DNA of 63,820 nt, the filler included, from a bacterium (GTDB lineage: Bacteria > JAJRZV01): the NCBI GenBank assembly GCA_024275095.1. It is 4 parts of 4 records of this genome, joined end to end, with 100 filler letters (N's around TTAATTAATTAA, not from the genome) between each part and the next. Parts side by side here need not be neighbours in the genome. Positions count along the whole stretch, not along the records: positions 1 to 30,170 come from JAJRZV010000005.1; 3 more parts are not named here. One strand, written 5' to 3'. The notes below the pieces were generated by a model. The model was not told the origin of the DNA. It did no database searches and saw nothing but the letters and a program-made list of their open reading frames with translations. The position numbers and the translations under genes are program-made. Position 1 is the stretch's first letter. Each line of letters starts with the position of its first letter. Positions 18,397 through 27,749 of this stretch are shown one piece after another.

Positions 18397-18502
18397 CCTC
18401 CGGGGTCTGGTCTCAACATTGGACATTCGGGGTGTTTGCTGCAGTAACGTAAGAGTTTCTTTGGAAAGCATGTGCTGTAAACGGGCAAGGTGAAATCTCT
18501 GG

Positions 18503-18531
18503 TTGACATAGGAGCTGTGTCGAATTATGGT
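18503..18531 (+). promoter_or_regulatory. Sigma70-type promoter
   Basis: TTGACA-17-TATGGT, followed by AGGAGG and ATG 18560. Confidence 0.6.
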
Positions 18532-18559
18532 GAAAGAGATAAAAAAAGGAGGAACAGAA

Positions 18560-19306
18560 ATGATTAAGAGAGTTCTGATTGCAGTATTGCTTGCAGGGAT
18601 GGTTCCGGGGATTGCTTCCAGTGGTGAACCATCCAGAGTTGTGGGTAGTTTTGTAAAAACCTTTCAGGCACGCAACCTCAACAGTGCAGAGAAATTCCTG
18701 TCCAAGCTGGACTACGACTACCTGAAGCAGCTTAATGCACGATTTCAGGCCGCGTACCAGCGCATGGGCATGCAACACCAGCCGTTTACAATGAAAGATC
18801 TGCTCGAACGTTCGTGGAGAGCCATTAACGATCCGGAACAAAAGAGGAAAACACTTGAACGTATGAAGACTGTTTTTGATAAGCACCCAGCTAATCTGCA
18901 GAATGCAGAAGAGTTGAAAAGGAAGGTTGAGGTTTTGCTAAAAATTGCCCCTGACTCGGTTTACATCCCCTTTTCAGGAAAGGTGATTAAAGAAGAAGTT
19001 GCCGGCTCTTACGCTGTAGTTGTGGGGGACGCTTACATAGAGTATCCATCAAAAGTTTTGAAAGAAGCAAAAAGATTCTATGGCGAAATGAATAAAAACG
19101 TTAACAAAGAAAGGGGTAAATATATACGCTGGGAAAAGAACCGCTATCACTTTCCCGTGGTTTTTTATCTGGTGAAGGAAGGTCCTCAATGGAAGGTTGT
19201 GTATTTCAACAGGGCTGCATTTCCAAGAGACAAATTTCAAAAACTCCTTGATGTATTTGAACCTCAGCGTACCGGTCCGTCTGCTGCTCACTCCCCCATG
19301 AAATAG
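18560..19306 (+). CDS. Secreted hypothetical protein, possibly NTF2-like with a helical insertion
   Basis: AGGAGG RBS and signal peptide. C-terminal FYLVKEGPQWKV motif. Confidence 0.65.
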   Translation: MIKRVLIAVLLAGMVPGIASSGEPSRVVGSFVKTFQARNLNSAEKFLSKLDYDYLKQLNARFQAAYQRMGMQHQPFTMKDLLERSWRAINDPEQKRKTLERMKTVFDKHPANLQNAEELKRKVEVLLKIAPDSVYIPFSGKVIKEEVAGSYAVVVGDAYIEYPSKVLKEAKRFYGEMNKNVNKERGKYIRWEKNRYHFPVVFYLVKEGPQWKVVYFNRAAFPRDKFQKLLDVFEPQRTGPSAAHSPMK

Positions 19307-19376
19307 TACACGATTTTTGCATTGGCATTAGATGTGCTTGAACCTTAAATCATCCGGGTAATAAAGCGAATGCCTT

Positions 19377-22300
19377 TTAAAATAAATTGAGCTGCTGATT
19401 TTCTTTTTTTATCAAACGTTTTCGTGGCGAGTCTTTGCTCAGGGATACGAGAGATGAAGGAAGATTTCGAATAAGAGATGAAATTCGCATTTCTCTTGAT
19501 TTTCCTTGCCATTTACGTTTTTTTGCATGGCACAGGAAAACTCTTTCCTTTGCACGTGTGATGCCCACATACAGGAGCCGCTTCTCTTCTTCCAGGTTGA
19601 TTGCTTTTCCTCCCCAGATAAGAGGTAAAATCCCTTCTTCACAACCAATGATGAATACCACGCGCCATTCCAGACCTTTGGCACTGTGAAGTGTAAGAAG
19701 TGATACCCGGTCAGCACGGGTATCAAGGGTATCGTCTTCTGTCATGAGATACAGGGTGGTGAGAAATGTCTGAAGGTCCCCTCCGGATGCGATAAGTGCA
19801 GGTTTGAGAATTTCGAAGATGCTCTCTGCAGTGAGGTGGGAGTGGTTGCTCTTAGCGACTTCTTCCACCGCACTGCGCACGATATCTTCGAGAGACGCGG
19901 AAGGATTGGAATTTTTAACCGCATCTACAACGTGGTGAATTTCGGGGCGGGCCATCAGAGGTTCGTTTGAGCGTTTTTGAAAGGGTATGCCTGCCCGACG
20001 CATGGCTTCTTCTACTTCTTGTGCAATTGCTTCGGTACGGTACAAAACAGCAAAATCCGCGAAGGAAAATTCTCCACCAGCGAGACCATCGGAAAGCTGG
20101 CTGTCTATTGCATGAAATGAGCTACCTCCTACAAGACGTTCTATGGTTTTTACAACAAAGAATGCTTCAGAAGAAGCAGAAGGGGCTGCGTGTATTACCA
20201 CTTTCGGCTCTATTGATTCTTCTTTTTCGTGTGTGATTGTTTCAGCTGGGTTGAGGACGTGTTTTGCAGTATTTGTAATAAATGAACTGGAGCGATAATT
20301 GCGTTCCAATCTGAAAATTTTTGCCGACGGAAAATCCTGCTGAAAGCGAAAGAAAAATGACGTGTCTGCACCCCTGAAAGAATATATGGCCTGGTCCGGG
20401 TCTCCAATCACACAGATGTTGTCTCCAGGTGGTACCATATATTTAATGAGTTGATACTGTAAAAAGTCTATATCCTGGTACTCGTCCACACTAACGTATG
20501 CAAATCGGGACTGCCACAACTTGCGAAGTTCAGGAAATTTCTCAAGAAGATCAACGGGTAAACGGATAAGATCATCGGTGTCAACCGCGTTTATGGAAGA
20601 TAGGAGTTTTGAATAGGTCTCGAAAATTGTTTTTGTATCACTGTCTGGAGGCTCCTGCCGGGTTCGCTTGGCAAATGATATTTTTTTCAGTACCTGCAAG
20701 GCTTTTCTTTCCGATATGTTGAGATGTTTGGAAAGGAGTCCCACTTTTTCCCATTCGCTGAGGATTTTGAAGTCGGGTTGCAGGTCCGCTTCCCTCGCGT
20801 GTTCGCGCAAAATCGAGAGTCCCAGTGAATGAAACGTGTGGACTGCGACATCCTTACCGCGCTCTCCCAGTAACTGTGCAAGTCGCTCTCTCATTTCCTC
20901 TGCAGCCCGACGCGTAAAAGTAACAGCCAGGCATGCCTGTGGTTTCACATTCAGTCTGAGGATAATATGAGCAATTCGATGAGTAAGCGTGCGTGTTTTC
21001 CCTGAACCCGGGCCAGCGATGATAAGCACAGGTCCCTGTGTGCACTCGGCTGCTTCTCGCTGGGTTGTGTCCAGCGGATCCAAAGGATCTCCGGTTTCGG
21101 GTGCTGAATCCATTTCCCGAAGCGTGTGTGACTTTGCCGGAGGAATCAGCAGTGGCAGGGCAAGGGCAGGCTCTTCCTGCTGTCCGCCGGCTTCTTCTGC
21201 TCTGCGGGAGGACTCAGGGAAAGAGAACAAAAGCCCCCCTGACCTGAGTTTTTTTAACTCTTCATCCGAGAAGAGCCTTATTAGCCCATACTCACCATCG
21301 TATCCACCTTCGCGAATAACCTTTCCTTTTCTCAAACGTGAAATGGCTTCAGCAACTGTCGGGGATGACGCCCGTGCAATTTCCTGTAGGGGTGCTTTTT
21401 CGAGAATGTAGAGTTCCGGTCCCACTTCACGAACCAGGCGGGAGTAAACCCTCTGGACCGTACGCGTTCGTGGACCTGTTCCGTAAATTTCCGAGAGTAT
21501 CTCAGCGAGAGGAACAAGGCTGTGAACTTCACCTGCTGTTTTCGGAGGTAGCGGTTCCGCCCTGTCCGCCAATTCCTCAACACGGTACATGACTCCGAGG
21601 GTGAGAGGCTTCCCGCATTTTGGACAAATTCCTCCAAGGCGTCGTGACTCTCGTGGCTCTAAACGCATGCCGCACTTCCGGTGGCCGTCAAGGTGGTACT
21701 TGCCCTCCTCAGGGAAGAATTCGACAGTGCCGACGTATCCTTTACCCTCTTTGAGGGCTTCACGAATAGAAGAATAATTTGCAGGACAGTTGAATATACA
21801 TGCTTCGCGTCCGAGCCGGTCCAGCGAATGTGCGTCCGAACTTGAGACCAGACGGAATTTATCAAGTGAAGAGACACGCCAGTTCATGTAAGGATCGGAG
21901 GAAAGCCCTGTTTCTACCGCCAGGATGTAAGATGCAAGGTCTTCATAACACTCCTCAATGGAATCGAATCCGGAACGTGATCCCAGCACAGCAAACCACG
22001 GCGTCCAGATGTGTGCAGGAATGAGCATTGCCTGTTCGCTGCATTCCAGAAGTATCTCCAGCAAATGCCGTGAATCAAGTCCGAGTATGGGACGGCCATC
22101 GGATGCAATATTACCGATACGTGAAAGTTTTTCAGTGAAACGCTCCGCTGCAGTCATATCAGGGACACATATCAGGTGATGCACTTTGCGCGTACGTTTT
22201 CCTTTTTTGTAAATGGTTGATATTTCAACCGTGAGCATGAAAAGTACTTCTACCGGTGGAAGTCTTTTGCCTTCGAATTCATCTTCAGGTACGGGTGGAA

Positions 22301-22514
22301 CTTTCAGTTTAAAAAGTCCTTCTTCTGCTTCACGGAGTTTTTCCCTGATTTCCTTCCACCATTCTGGATGGGTAAAATCACCGGTACCTATCACTTTTAA
22401 GCCTTTAATCGCACCCCACAGAGCCAGATTTTCGAGTGTAATGGCCCTGCTGGTACCGCGAGAGAACCGCGAGTGTATATGGAGGTCTGCATAAAACATG
22501 GTGATAATCGCCAT
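19377..22514 (-). CDS. Endonuclease Q (PHP/TIGR00375-like) fused to a UvrD/PcrA SF1A helicase
   Basis: EndoQ motifs DLHIHS, TGDFTH, AHIWTPWF, ETGLSSD, SDAHS, GKYH and CPKCG. Helicase motifs AGPGSGKT, TFT, TFHS, DEYQD, GD.DQAIY.FRG, NYRS, TLHSAKGLE and YVGITRAK. Confidence 0.92.
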   Translation of the reverse strand: MAIITMFYADLHIHSRFSRGTSRAITLENLALWGAIKGLKVIGTGDFTHPEWWKEIREKLREAEEGLFKLKVPPVPEDEFEGKRLPPVEVLFMLTVEISTIYKKGKRTRKVHHLICVPDMTAAERFTEKLSRIGNIASDGRPILGLDSRHLLEILLECSEQAMLIPAHIWTPWFAVLGSRSGFDSIEECYEDLASYILAVETGLSSDPYMNWRVSSLDKFRLVSSSDAHSLDRLGREACIFNCPANYSSIREALKEGKGYVGTVEFFPEEGKYHLDGHRKCGMRLEPRESRRLGGICPKCGKPLTLGVMYRVEELADRAEPLPPKTAGEVHSLVPLAEILSEIYGTGPRTRTVQRVYSRLVREVGPELYILEKAPLQEIARASSPTVAEAISRLRKGKVIREGGYDGEYGLIRLFSDEELKKLRSGGLLFSFPESSRRAEEAGGQQEEPALALPLLIPPAKSHTLREMDSAPETGDPLDPLDTTQREAAECTQGPVLIIAGPGSGKTRTLTHRIAHIILRLNVKPQACLAVTFTRRAAEEMRERLAQLLGERGKDVAVHTFHSLGLSILREHAREADLQPDFKILSEWEKVGLLSKHLNISERKALQVLKKISFAKRTRQEPPDSDTKTIFETYSKLLSSINAVDTDDLIRLPVDLLEKFPELRKLWQSRFAYVSVDEYQDIDFLQYQLIKYMVPPGDNICVIGDPDQAIYSFRGADTSFFFRFQQDFPSAKIFRLERNYRSSSFITNTAKHVLNPAETITHEKEESIEPKVVIHAAPSASSEAFFVVKTIERLVGGSSFHAIDSQLSDGLAGGEFSFADFAVLYRTEAIAQEVEEAMRRAGIPFQKRSNEPLMARPEIHHVVDAVKNSNPSASLEDIVRSAVEEVAKSNHSHLTAESIFEILKPALIASGGDLQTFLTTLYLMTEDDTLDTRADRVSLLTLHSAKGLEWRVVFIIGCEEGILPLIWGGKAINLEEEKRLLYVGITRAKERVFLCHAKKRKWQGKSREMRISSLIRNLPSSLVSLSKDSPRKRLIKKENQQLNLF

Positions 22515-22535
22515 AAGTTTACTCCAGCAGGCCCT

Positions 22536-22563
22536 TTGACAAAAGAAGATTGAGGAGTATGCT
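22536..22563 (+). promoter_or_regulatory. Sigma70-type promoter for the hom operon
   Basis: TTGACA-16-TATGCT. Confidence 0.55.
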
Positions 22564-22654
22564 TTTAGAAAAGTGAGTCGTGGTGCCTAAATGCGTTGAT
22601 TTAAGAGCCCTGTTCCATATATCTTATGCGCCAGAGATAGCAAGGAGGTGCTTC

Positions 22655-23953
22655 GTGAAACTGGGCGTGCTCGGACTTGGTACTGTTGGCAGCGCTGTTG
22701 TGAGGTACGTACTTGAGGAAGGACACGAAAGGATTGTCATCAAGAAAATAGCTGTACGTGATGTGCGGAAGAAACGAGCTGTAAAAGTCAGTCGAAGGCT
22801 TCTCACAGGGAACTTCCGTGAAATTTTAAAAGATCCGGAGATTGATACTGTCGTGGAGCTCACCGGTGACGAAAAGGTTGCCATTGAAACAGCGAGAGAA
22901 TGTTTGAAAAGAGGTAAGCATTTCATCACGGCAACGAAACGCATTATCAGTGACATGGGCGGCGAGTTGTTTCGGGAAGCACGCAAAAAACAGCTGTACA
23001 TCGGTTACAGAGCAACAATTGTGGGGTTGTTTCCCATACTCAGTTTCATCCAGTTTGCCATGTCCTCCGGAAAGAGGATTAAGAAGGTCACGGCTGTACT
23101 CAACGGGACGTGTAATTTTGTACTTGATGAGATGGAGAGAAGTGGCCGGTCTTATGCAGAGGTAATAAAGGATGCTGTGGAGAGAGGATTTGCGGAGCCT
23201 GATCCCACGGCGGATGTGAGTGGTTATGATTCAGCATTGAAGTTGAAGATTATTTTAAGGCTGCTTTTTGGGAATCATACTGCTGATGGTATACGGTTGC
23301 GTCAAGGTGTTCGTAAGAAGGGCAGGGCACTTTTTTATTCGGGGATTGATGCATTAACGCTTGAAGATGTACGTTTCGCCAGCGAAATGGGCTACAGGAT
23401 GAAACTTCTTGGAATGATTTTCGCGACGGAGAAGGGTTATGCAGTATGTGTTGAGCCGGCATTGGTCGCTCAGGATACTATTCTTGCGTCGCTACGAGGC
23501 CCGGAAAATGGTGTCGAAATGCTCGATGATAAAGGTGAGGTTTCAGGCTGGTTTGGCCATGGAGCAGGGGCCGAAGCGACGCGCATTGCCGTAATGCAGG
23601 ATATAGAAAGCATTCTCAGCGGGTATGCAACGCTTTTCCCTCAGGATAACGGTGAAGATGTAAAAATTGCTTCTTATGAAGACATTTACACCCGGTATTT
23701 CATTAAACTTTATGCTATGGATAAACCGGGTGTCTTGGCTAAAATAGCCGGGGTACTGGGACGCAATAACATTAACATTGCGTCCGTAATGCAAAAGGAA
23801 TCGGCGGTTAAGGGGCGTGAATTCGTACCCCTGGTCATTACAACCTATCACATAGATGCAGCGAGCGTTTATCACGCTGTCAGTATTTTGAAAAGAATGA
23901 ATATAGTAGACAGCAGGAAACTTTCCTGTTACAGAATAATTGACCAGGTATAA
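22655..23953 (+). CDS. hom: Homoserine dehydrogenase with ACT domain (divergent)
   Basis: AAGGAGG then GTG 22655. GLGTVG, NGTCNF, GFAEPDP..DV.G.D...K, GAG and DKPGVL (ACT). Confidence 0.88.
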   Translation: MKLGVLGLGTVGSAVVRYVLEEGHERIVIKKIAVRDVRKKRAVKVSRRLLTGNFREILKDPEIDTVVELTGDEKVAIETARECLKRGKHFITATKRIISDMGGELFREARKKQLYIGYRATIVGLFPILSFIQFAMSSGKRIKKVTAVLNGTCNFVLDEMERSGRSYAEVIKDAVERGFAEPDPTADVSGYDSALKLKIILRLLFGNHTADGIRLRQGVRKKGRALFYSGIDALTLEDVRFASEMGYRMKLLGMIFATEKGYAVCVEPALVAQDTILASLRGPENGVEMLDDKGEVSGWFGHGAGAEATRIAVMQDIESILSGYATLFPQDNGEDVKIASYEDIYTRYFIKLYAMDKPGVLAKIAGVLGRNNINIASVMQKESAVKGREFVPLVITTYHIDAASVYHAVSILKRMNIVDSRKLSCYRIIDQV

Positions 23954-23968
23954 GCGAGGGGATGAAAC

Positions 23969-25045
23969 ATGGATGACGGTGGTTGTTCGGGTGGATGGCC
24001 TGGAGTTATCAGAAAATACCGTAAATTTTTACCCGAACTTCCCGATGAACATGTAGTTACTCTTCTGGAAGGAAACACCCCTCTTATCCGTGCGTATAAC
24101 CTGGAAAAGGAACTGGGTGGAGATATCAGCATTTATCTCAAATACGAAGGTTTGAATCCCACGGCTTCTTTTAAAGATCGCGGGATGACCCTTGCTGTTT
24201 CCATTGCCAGGGCGAGGGGGTCTCAGGCTGTTGTCTGTGCTTCTACAGGAAACACCTCTGCATCTGCGGCGGCGTATGCTGCGCGGGCAGGCATGAAAGC
24301 GTATGTGCTGGTACCAAAGGGAAAAATTGCTCTTGGAAAATTAATTCAGGCTTTGATGCATGGTGCAAGGGTTCTCGGCATAGAAGGGAATTTTGACGAT
24401 GCACTCCGTATTGTCCGGGAAATTGCGGACAAGAGAGGCCTGACCATTGTTAACTCCATTAACCCCTTTCGTCTTGAGGGACAGAAAACAGCGGCCTTTG
24501 AAGTATGTGATGTTCTGGGGCGGGCTCCTGATTTTCACGCGTTGCCTGTCGGCAATGCAGGTAATATTTCTGCATACTGGAACGGTTACAAGGTTTACCG
24601 TGAACATGGAATAATAGAAAACCTACCGAAAATGTTAGGTTTTCAAGCAGAAGGTGCTGCCCCCATTGTCAGGGGAGAGGTTGTGGAATCTCCGGAAACA
24701 GTAGCCTCGGCCATTCGTATCGGCAACCCTGCAAACTGGGAAAAGGCTGTGAAGGCGAGGGACGAGTCGGGAGGGCTTATAGAAATTGTGACTGATAAAG
24801 AAATTTTAACCGCGTACAAGTTGCTCGCATCCAGGGAAGGGATTTTTTGTGAACCAGCGAGTGCAGCAGGGGTGGCCGGAGTGTTCAAACTTCACCGAAA
24901 GGGTTTTTTTGAAAAAGGTGCACTGGTTGTGTGTACGCTTACCGGCCACGGTCTCAAGGACCCCGATGCTCCCAATCTCGTGTGTGAACTCCCCCCAACG
25001 GTAAAAGCTGATCCTGTGGCAGTTCTTGGCGCCCTTGACGCATGA
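23969..25045 (+). CDS. thrC: Threonine synthase
   Basis: EGNTPL, NPTASFKDRG (PLP Lys), CASTGNTS, PVGNAGN and TGHGLKD. Confidence 0.95.
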   Translation: MDDGGCSGGWPGVIRKYRKFLPELPDEHVVTLLEGNTPLIRAYNLEKELGGDISIYLKYEGLNPTASFKDRGMTLAVSIARARGSQAVVCASTGNTSASAAAYAARAGMKAYVLVPKGKIALGKLIQALMHGARVLGIEGNFDDALRIVREIADKRGLTIVNSINPFRLEGQKTAAFEVCDVLGRAPDFHALPVGNAGNISAYWNGYKVYREHGIIENLPKMLGFQAEGAAPIVRGEVVESPETVASAIRIGNPANWEKAVKARDESGGLIEIVTDKEILTAYKLLASREGIFCEPASAAGVAGVFKLHRKGFFEKGALVVCTLTGHGLKDPDAPNLVCELPPTVKADPVAVLGALDA

Positions 25046-26244
25046 GATATTGTATTATCCAGGCAGACGGCATGGCTGATGAGCCATTGCCTGAACTGGG
25101 AGGGCGCACCCCTCTTGAAGCTGCACACACTCCGTACATGAACGAGCTGGCCGCACGGGGTGTGGTTGGTACTTTCAATCCCATTCCGTCCGGTATGGAT
25201 TCGGGTTCGGATGTGGGCACCCTTTCCGTTCTGGGATATGACCCTGCAAAATACTACACTGGAAGGGCTCCGATAGAGGCAGCTGGCCTGGGCCTGCACC
25301 TGGAAAGGGACGATGTTGCATATCGTATGAATCTGGTGACTGTTGAAGGAGATGTGCTTAACGGCGTGATGAAGGATTATTCTGCGGGTCATATTTCGCC
25401 GGAGGCGGCAGCCACCATCGTGGCCGCGATAAAAGTAAATTTTGAAACTTCTGAAATTCGCTTTTTCAAAGGGCTCAGTTACCGTCATATTATGGTATGG
25501 AGGAACGGCCCTTTGAATATAACGACAACGCCTCCTCACGATATTACTGATAGGTCGACGCAGGAACACTTACCACGGGGTAATGGTGCTGAGGAGTTGT
25601 GTACACTGATGGCGGAAGTATCCTTTTTTGTCAGGGAGTTTGTGTCGAGGCATTGTCATGGTGATGTGAAGGCAAATGCTGTATGGTTCTGGGGGCAGGG
25701 CAGAGCAGCGGTTCTGCCACCTGTCTCCCGGGTTTTCGGCGGTCGTGGAGCCATTATTGCTGCCGTGGATCTGGTCAAAGGAATAGGCGCTCTGGCAGGC
25801 ATGGATCACGTGAAAGTGCGGGGAGCTACCGGTGACGTGGATACCAACTATTCAGGTAAGGGTAAGGCTGCTGTTGAGGTGCTTGAGGGTGGATATACCC
25901 TTTGTATGGTTCACGTAGAAGCTCCGGATGAGGCTGGTCACAGGGGAGATCCATACCTCAAAAAAGAAACCATCGAGCTGATCGATGCTGAAGTTGTAGC
26001 TCCTGTGCTCAGACTTGCACACGAAAAAAAGGATATCGTTGTGCTTGTTACCTGTGACCACAGAACTCCGTGCAGGATTCGTACACATGCAACAGGTGAT
26101 GTTCCGTTTGTGCTTTATCATCCGGCTCGGAGAATTTCAGCTCAAACCTCCATAAATTTTTGTGAAAAGAGCTGCCGGAAAGGCGTTCATTTTTCAAGTG
26201 GTGAAGAACTCATCAATTATGTGATCGACAGAAAGGTGAGGTGA
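25042..26244 (+). CDS. apgM: Cofactor-independent phosphoglycerate mutase family (ApgM-like; proposed homoserine kinase)
   Basis: DGMAD, TPLE.A.TP, GSD, TPPHD, EAPDEAGH and DH.TP. Confidence 0.88.
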   Translation: MRYCIIQADGMADEPLPELGGRTPLEAAHTPYMNELAARGVVGTFNPIPSGMDSGSDVGTLSVLGYDPAKYYTGRAPIEAAGLGLHLERDDVAYRMNLVTVEGDVLNGVMKDYSAGHISPEAAATIVAAIKVNFETSEIRFFKGLSYRHIMVWRNGPLNITTTPPHDITDRSTQEHLPRGNGAEELCTLMAEVSFFVREFVSRHCHGDVKANAVWFWGQGRAAVLPPVSRVFGGRGAIIAAVDLVKGIGALAGMDHVKVRGATGDVDTNYSGKGKAAVEVLEGGYTLCMVHVEAPDEAGHRGDPYLKKETIELIDAEVVAPVLRLAHEKKDIVVLVTCDHRTPCRIRTHATGDVPFVLYHPARRISAQTSINFCEKSCRKGVHFSSGEELINYVIDRKVR

Positions 26245-26247
26245 ATC

Positions 26248-26877
26248 TTGTCTCTTATGGTAAAGATATGCGGCATAACCCGATCCGAGGATGCACGTTT
26301 TGCTGTGGAGGTGGGTGCTGACGTGGTTGGAATTGTTTTTTATCCAGGGAGCCCGAGGTACGTGAAGACGAGTGATGCCGTAAATATCGTTGCAGCAGCA
26401 CATGATGCTGGTGGAAAGGTTGCGGGTGTTTTTGTGAATGAAAAACCACGAGATGTTGACTACATGTGTCGGAAATTAAAGCTTGACCTCGTTCAACTGC
26501 ACGGGCACGAAAGTCCTGTAGATTATAAAAATTTAGGAGTACCGATTATCAAAGCAATCCACGTAAAAGAGGCTCTACCGATCGATCGGATCGAGGAATG
26601 GACAGGAAAGGCATTTCTTTTCTTGTTCGAAGGTGCATCCTCGACATACGGCGGTGCAGGTGCATCGTTTGATTTTACAATGCTCAGCAGCCTAAGACTC
26701 TCAACACCCTTTCTCATCGCTGGTGGACTAACCCCGGCGAATGTGGGCGATGTGGTGAGGGCGGTGAGACCGTATGGTGTCGATGTATCATCAGGTGTAG
26801 AGAGCGGTAACCCTGGTGTAAAAGACCACGAAAAAATAAAATCTTTCATCCTGCATGCGAGGGGAGCTCTTGATTAA
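26248..26877 (+). CDS. trpF: Phosphoribosylanthranilate isomerase
   Basis: VKICGIT, SPR, QLHG.E, AGGL..N and DVSSGVE. Confidence 0.93.
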   Translation: MSLMVKICGITRSEDARFAVEVGADVVGIVFYPGSPRYVKTSDAVNIVAAAHDAGGKVAGVFVNEKPRDVDYMCRKLKLDLVQLHGHESPVDYKNLGVPIIKAIHVKEALPIDRIEEWTGKAFLFLFEGASSTYGGAGASFDFTMLSSLRLSTPFLIAGGLTPANVGDVVRAVRPYGVDVSSGVESGNPGVKDHEKIKSFILHARGALD

Positions 26878-27301
26878 ATCCAGCAGACGCAAACTACGAG
26901 AGCTTGCTTTTAAAATGCTCTATCGCATGGAAATGACAGGCGAACTTATTCAGTCTATTATGCGTGACCTTGAAGAGGAAATAAGGAGTGTTCCAGATGC
27001 AGAGGCGGTATATGCAAAAAAGGTAATTAAAGGAGTATACGAGAAAAAAAACGAGCTTGACGAAATGATCAATAGGTGTCTTATACGATGGAGACCTGAA
27101 AGGGTCAATCTTATCGAAAGGTGCATATTGCGGCTGGCAGCGTATGAAATTAAGTACATGCCGGATATTTCACCGGCTGTAGCTATTAACGAAGCTGTGG
27201 AACTGGCCAAAAGATACGGAGATGAAAAATCTCCTATTTTCGTAAACGGTGTCCTCGATGCAGTGCGGAAGGAACTTGGGTGCGAGGAAGAAAGAAAATG
27301 A
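26855..27301 (+). CDS. nusB: Transcription antitermination factor NusB (start may be TTG 26870)
   Basis: RRKLRELA, ILRLAAYE, AINEAVELAKRY and FVNGVLD. Confidence 0.93.
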   Translation: MRGELLIKSSRRKLRELAFKMLYRMEMTGELIQSIMRDLEEEIRSVPDAEAVYAKKVIKGVYEKKNELDEMINRCLIRWRPERVNLIERCILRLAAYEIKYMPDISPAVAINEAVELAKRYGDEKSPIFVNGVLDAVRKELGCEEERK

Positions 27302-27666
27302 CCGAGTTTCCTGAACAGAAGCGATGTGCATGTGTGATTATGCCAGTGGATAAAAGTGGAATCCCTGTTGGCTCTCATGCACGCCGTCTTGATTGGGCCA
27401 GTGGCTTTTCCATTTCTTCATGTCTTAAGTCTTCTAAAAAATGGACGGTGACCATGGTTGCACTTGGAAAGGGCACTGCTGCACCTCGAATTGTATGTCT
27501 TTGTACGGATGAAGGTGACTACATGCAAAAGGCTGCAGAGGTTATATCAATGCTCAACATATCGCCGGTTGTTGTCATTCTCCCTCCTGGAGTCTCTGAC
27601 CAGGAAAGTGATCAAATGCCTCCTGATATCAATAACATCGAGGTTATCTTCCTGCATCAGGTGTAA
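27298..27666 (+). CDS. Hypothetical protein
   Basis: ATG overlaps the nusB stop. No recognised family. Confidence 0.5.
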   Translation: MTEFPEQKRCACVIMPVDKSGIPVGSHARRLDWASGFSISSCLKSSKKWTVTMVALGKGTAAPRIVCLCTDEGDYMQKAAEVISMLNISPVVVILPPGVSDQESDQMPPDINNIEVIFLHQV

Positions 27667-27749
27667 CTTTCCTGTTTTGCAGTGATATAAATTGCACCCC
27701 GGTGACTTCCATGATATTTTTATATTTTACTTTTATCTAATAGTAGCTG

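Noticed and set aside
17553-18471. Long antisense ORFs (275 and 203 aa) over the HEAT gene, and similar ones such as 295-1050
   Set aside because: They overlap well-supported genes on the opposite strand and show no motifs or RBS.
18397-18500. Possible riboswitch or ncRNA in intergenic gaps (also 8487-8682, 22564-22640, 52974-53089)
   Set aside because: I recognised no consensus or strong structure by eye. An Infernal/Rfam scan would be needed to exclude one.
19307-19345. Sigma54-like TGGCAT-N5-GTGCT
   Set aside because: The match is imperfect and lies between convergent genes with nothing to transcribe.
27692-27749. TTG 27692 as start of the transglutaminase-like ORF
   Set aside because: It has no RBS and gives an implausible N-terminus. 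ATG 27750 plus a -1 shift gives a typical basic-then-hydrophobic anchor.
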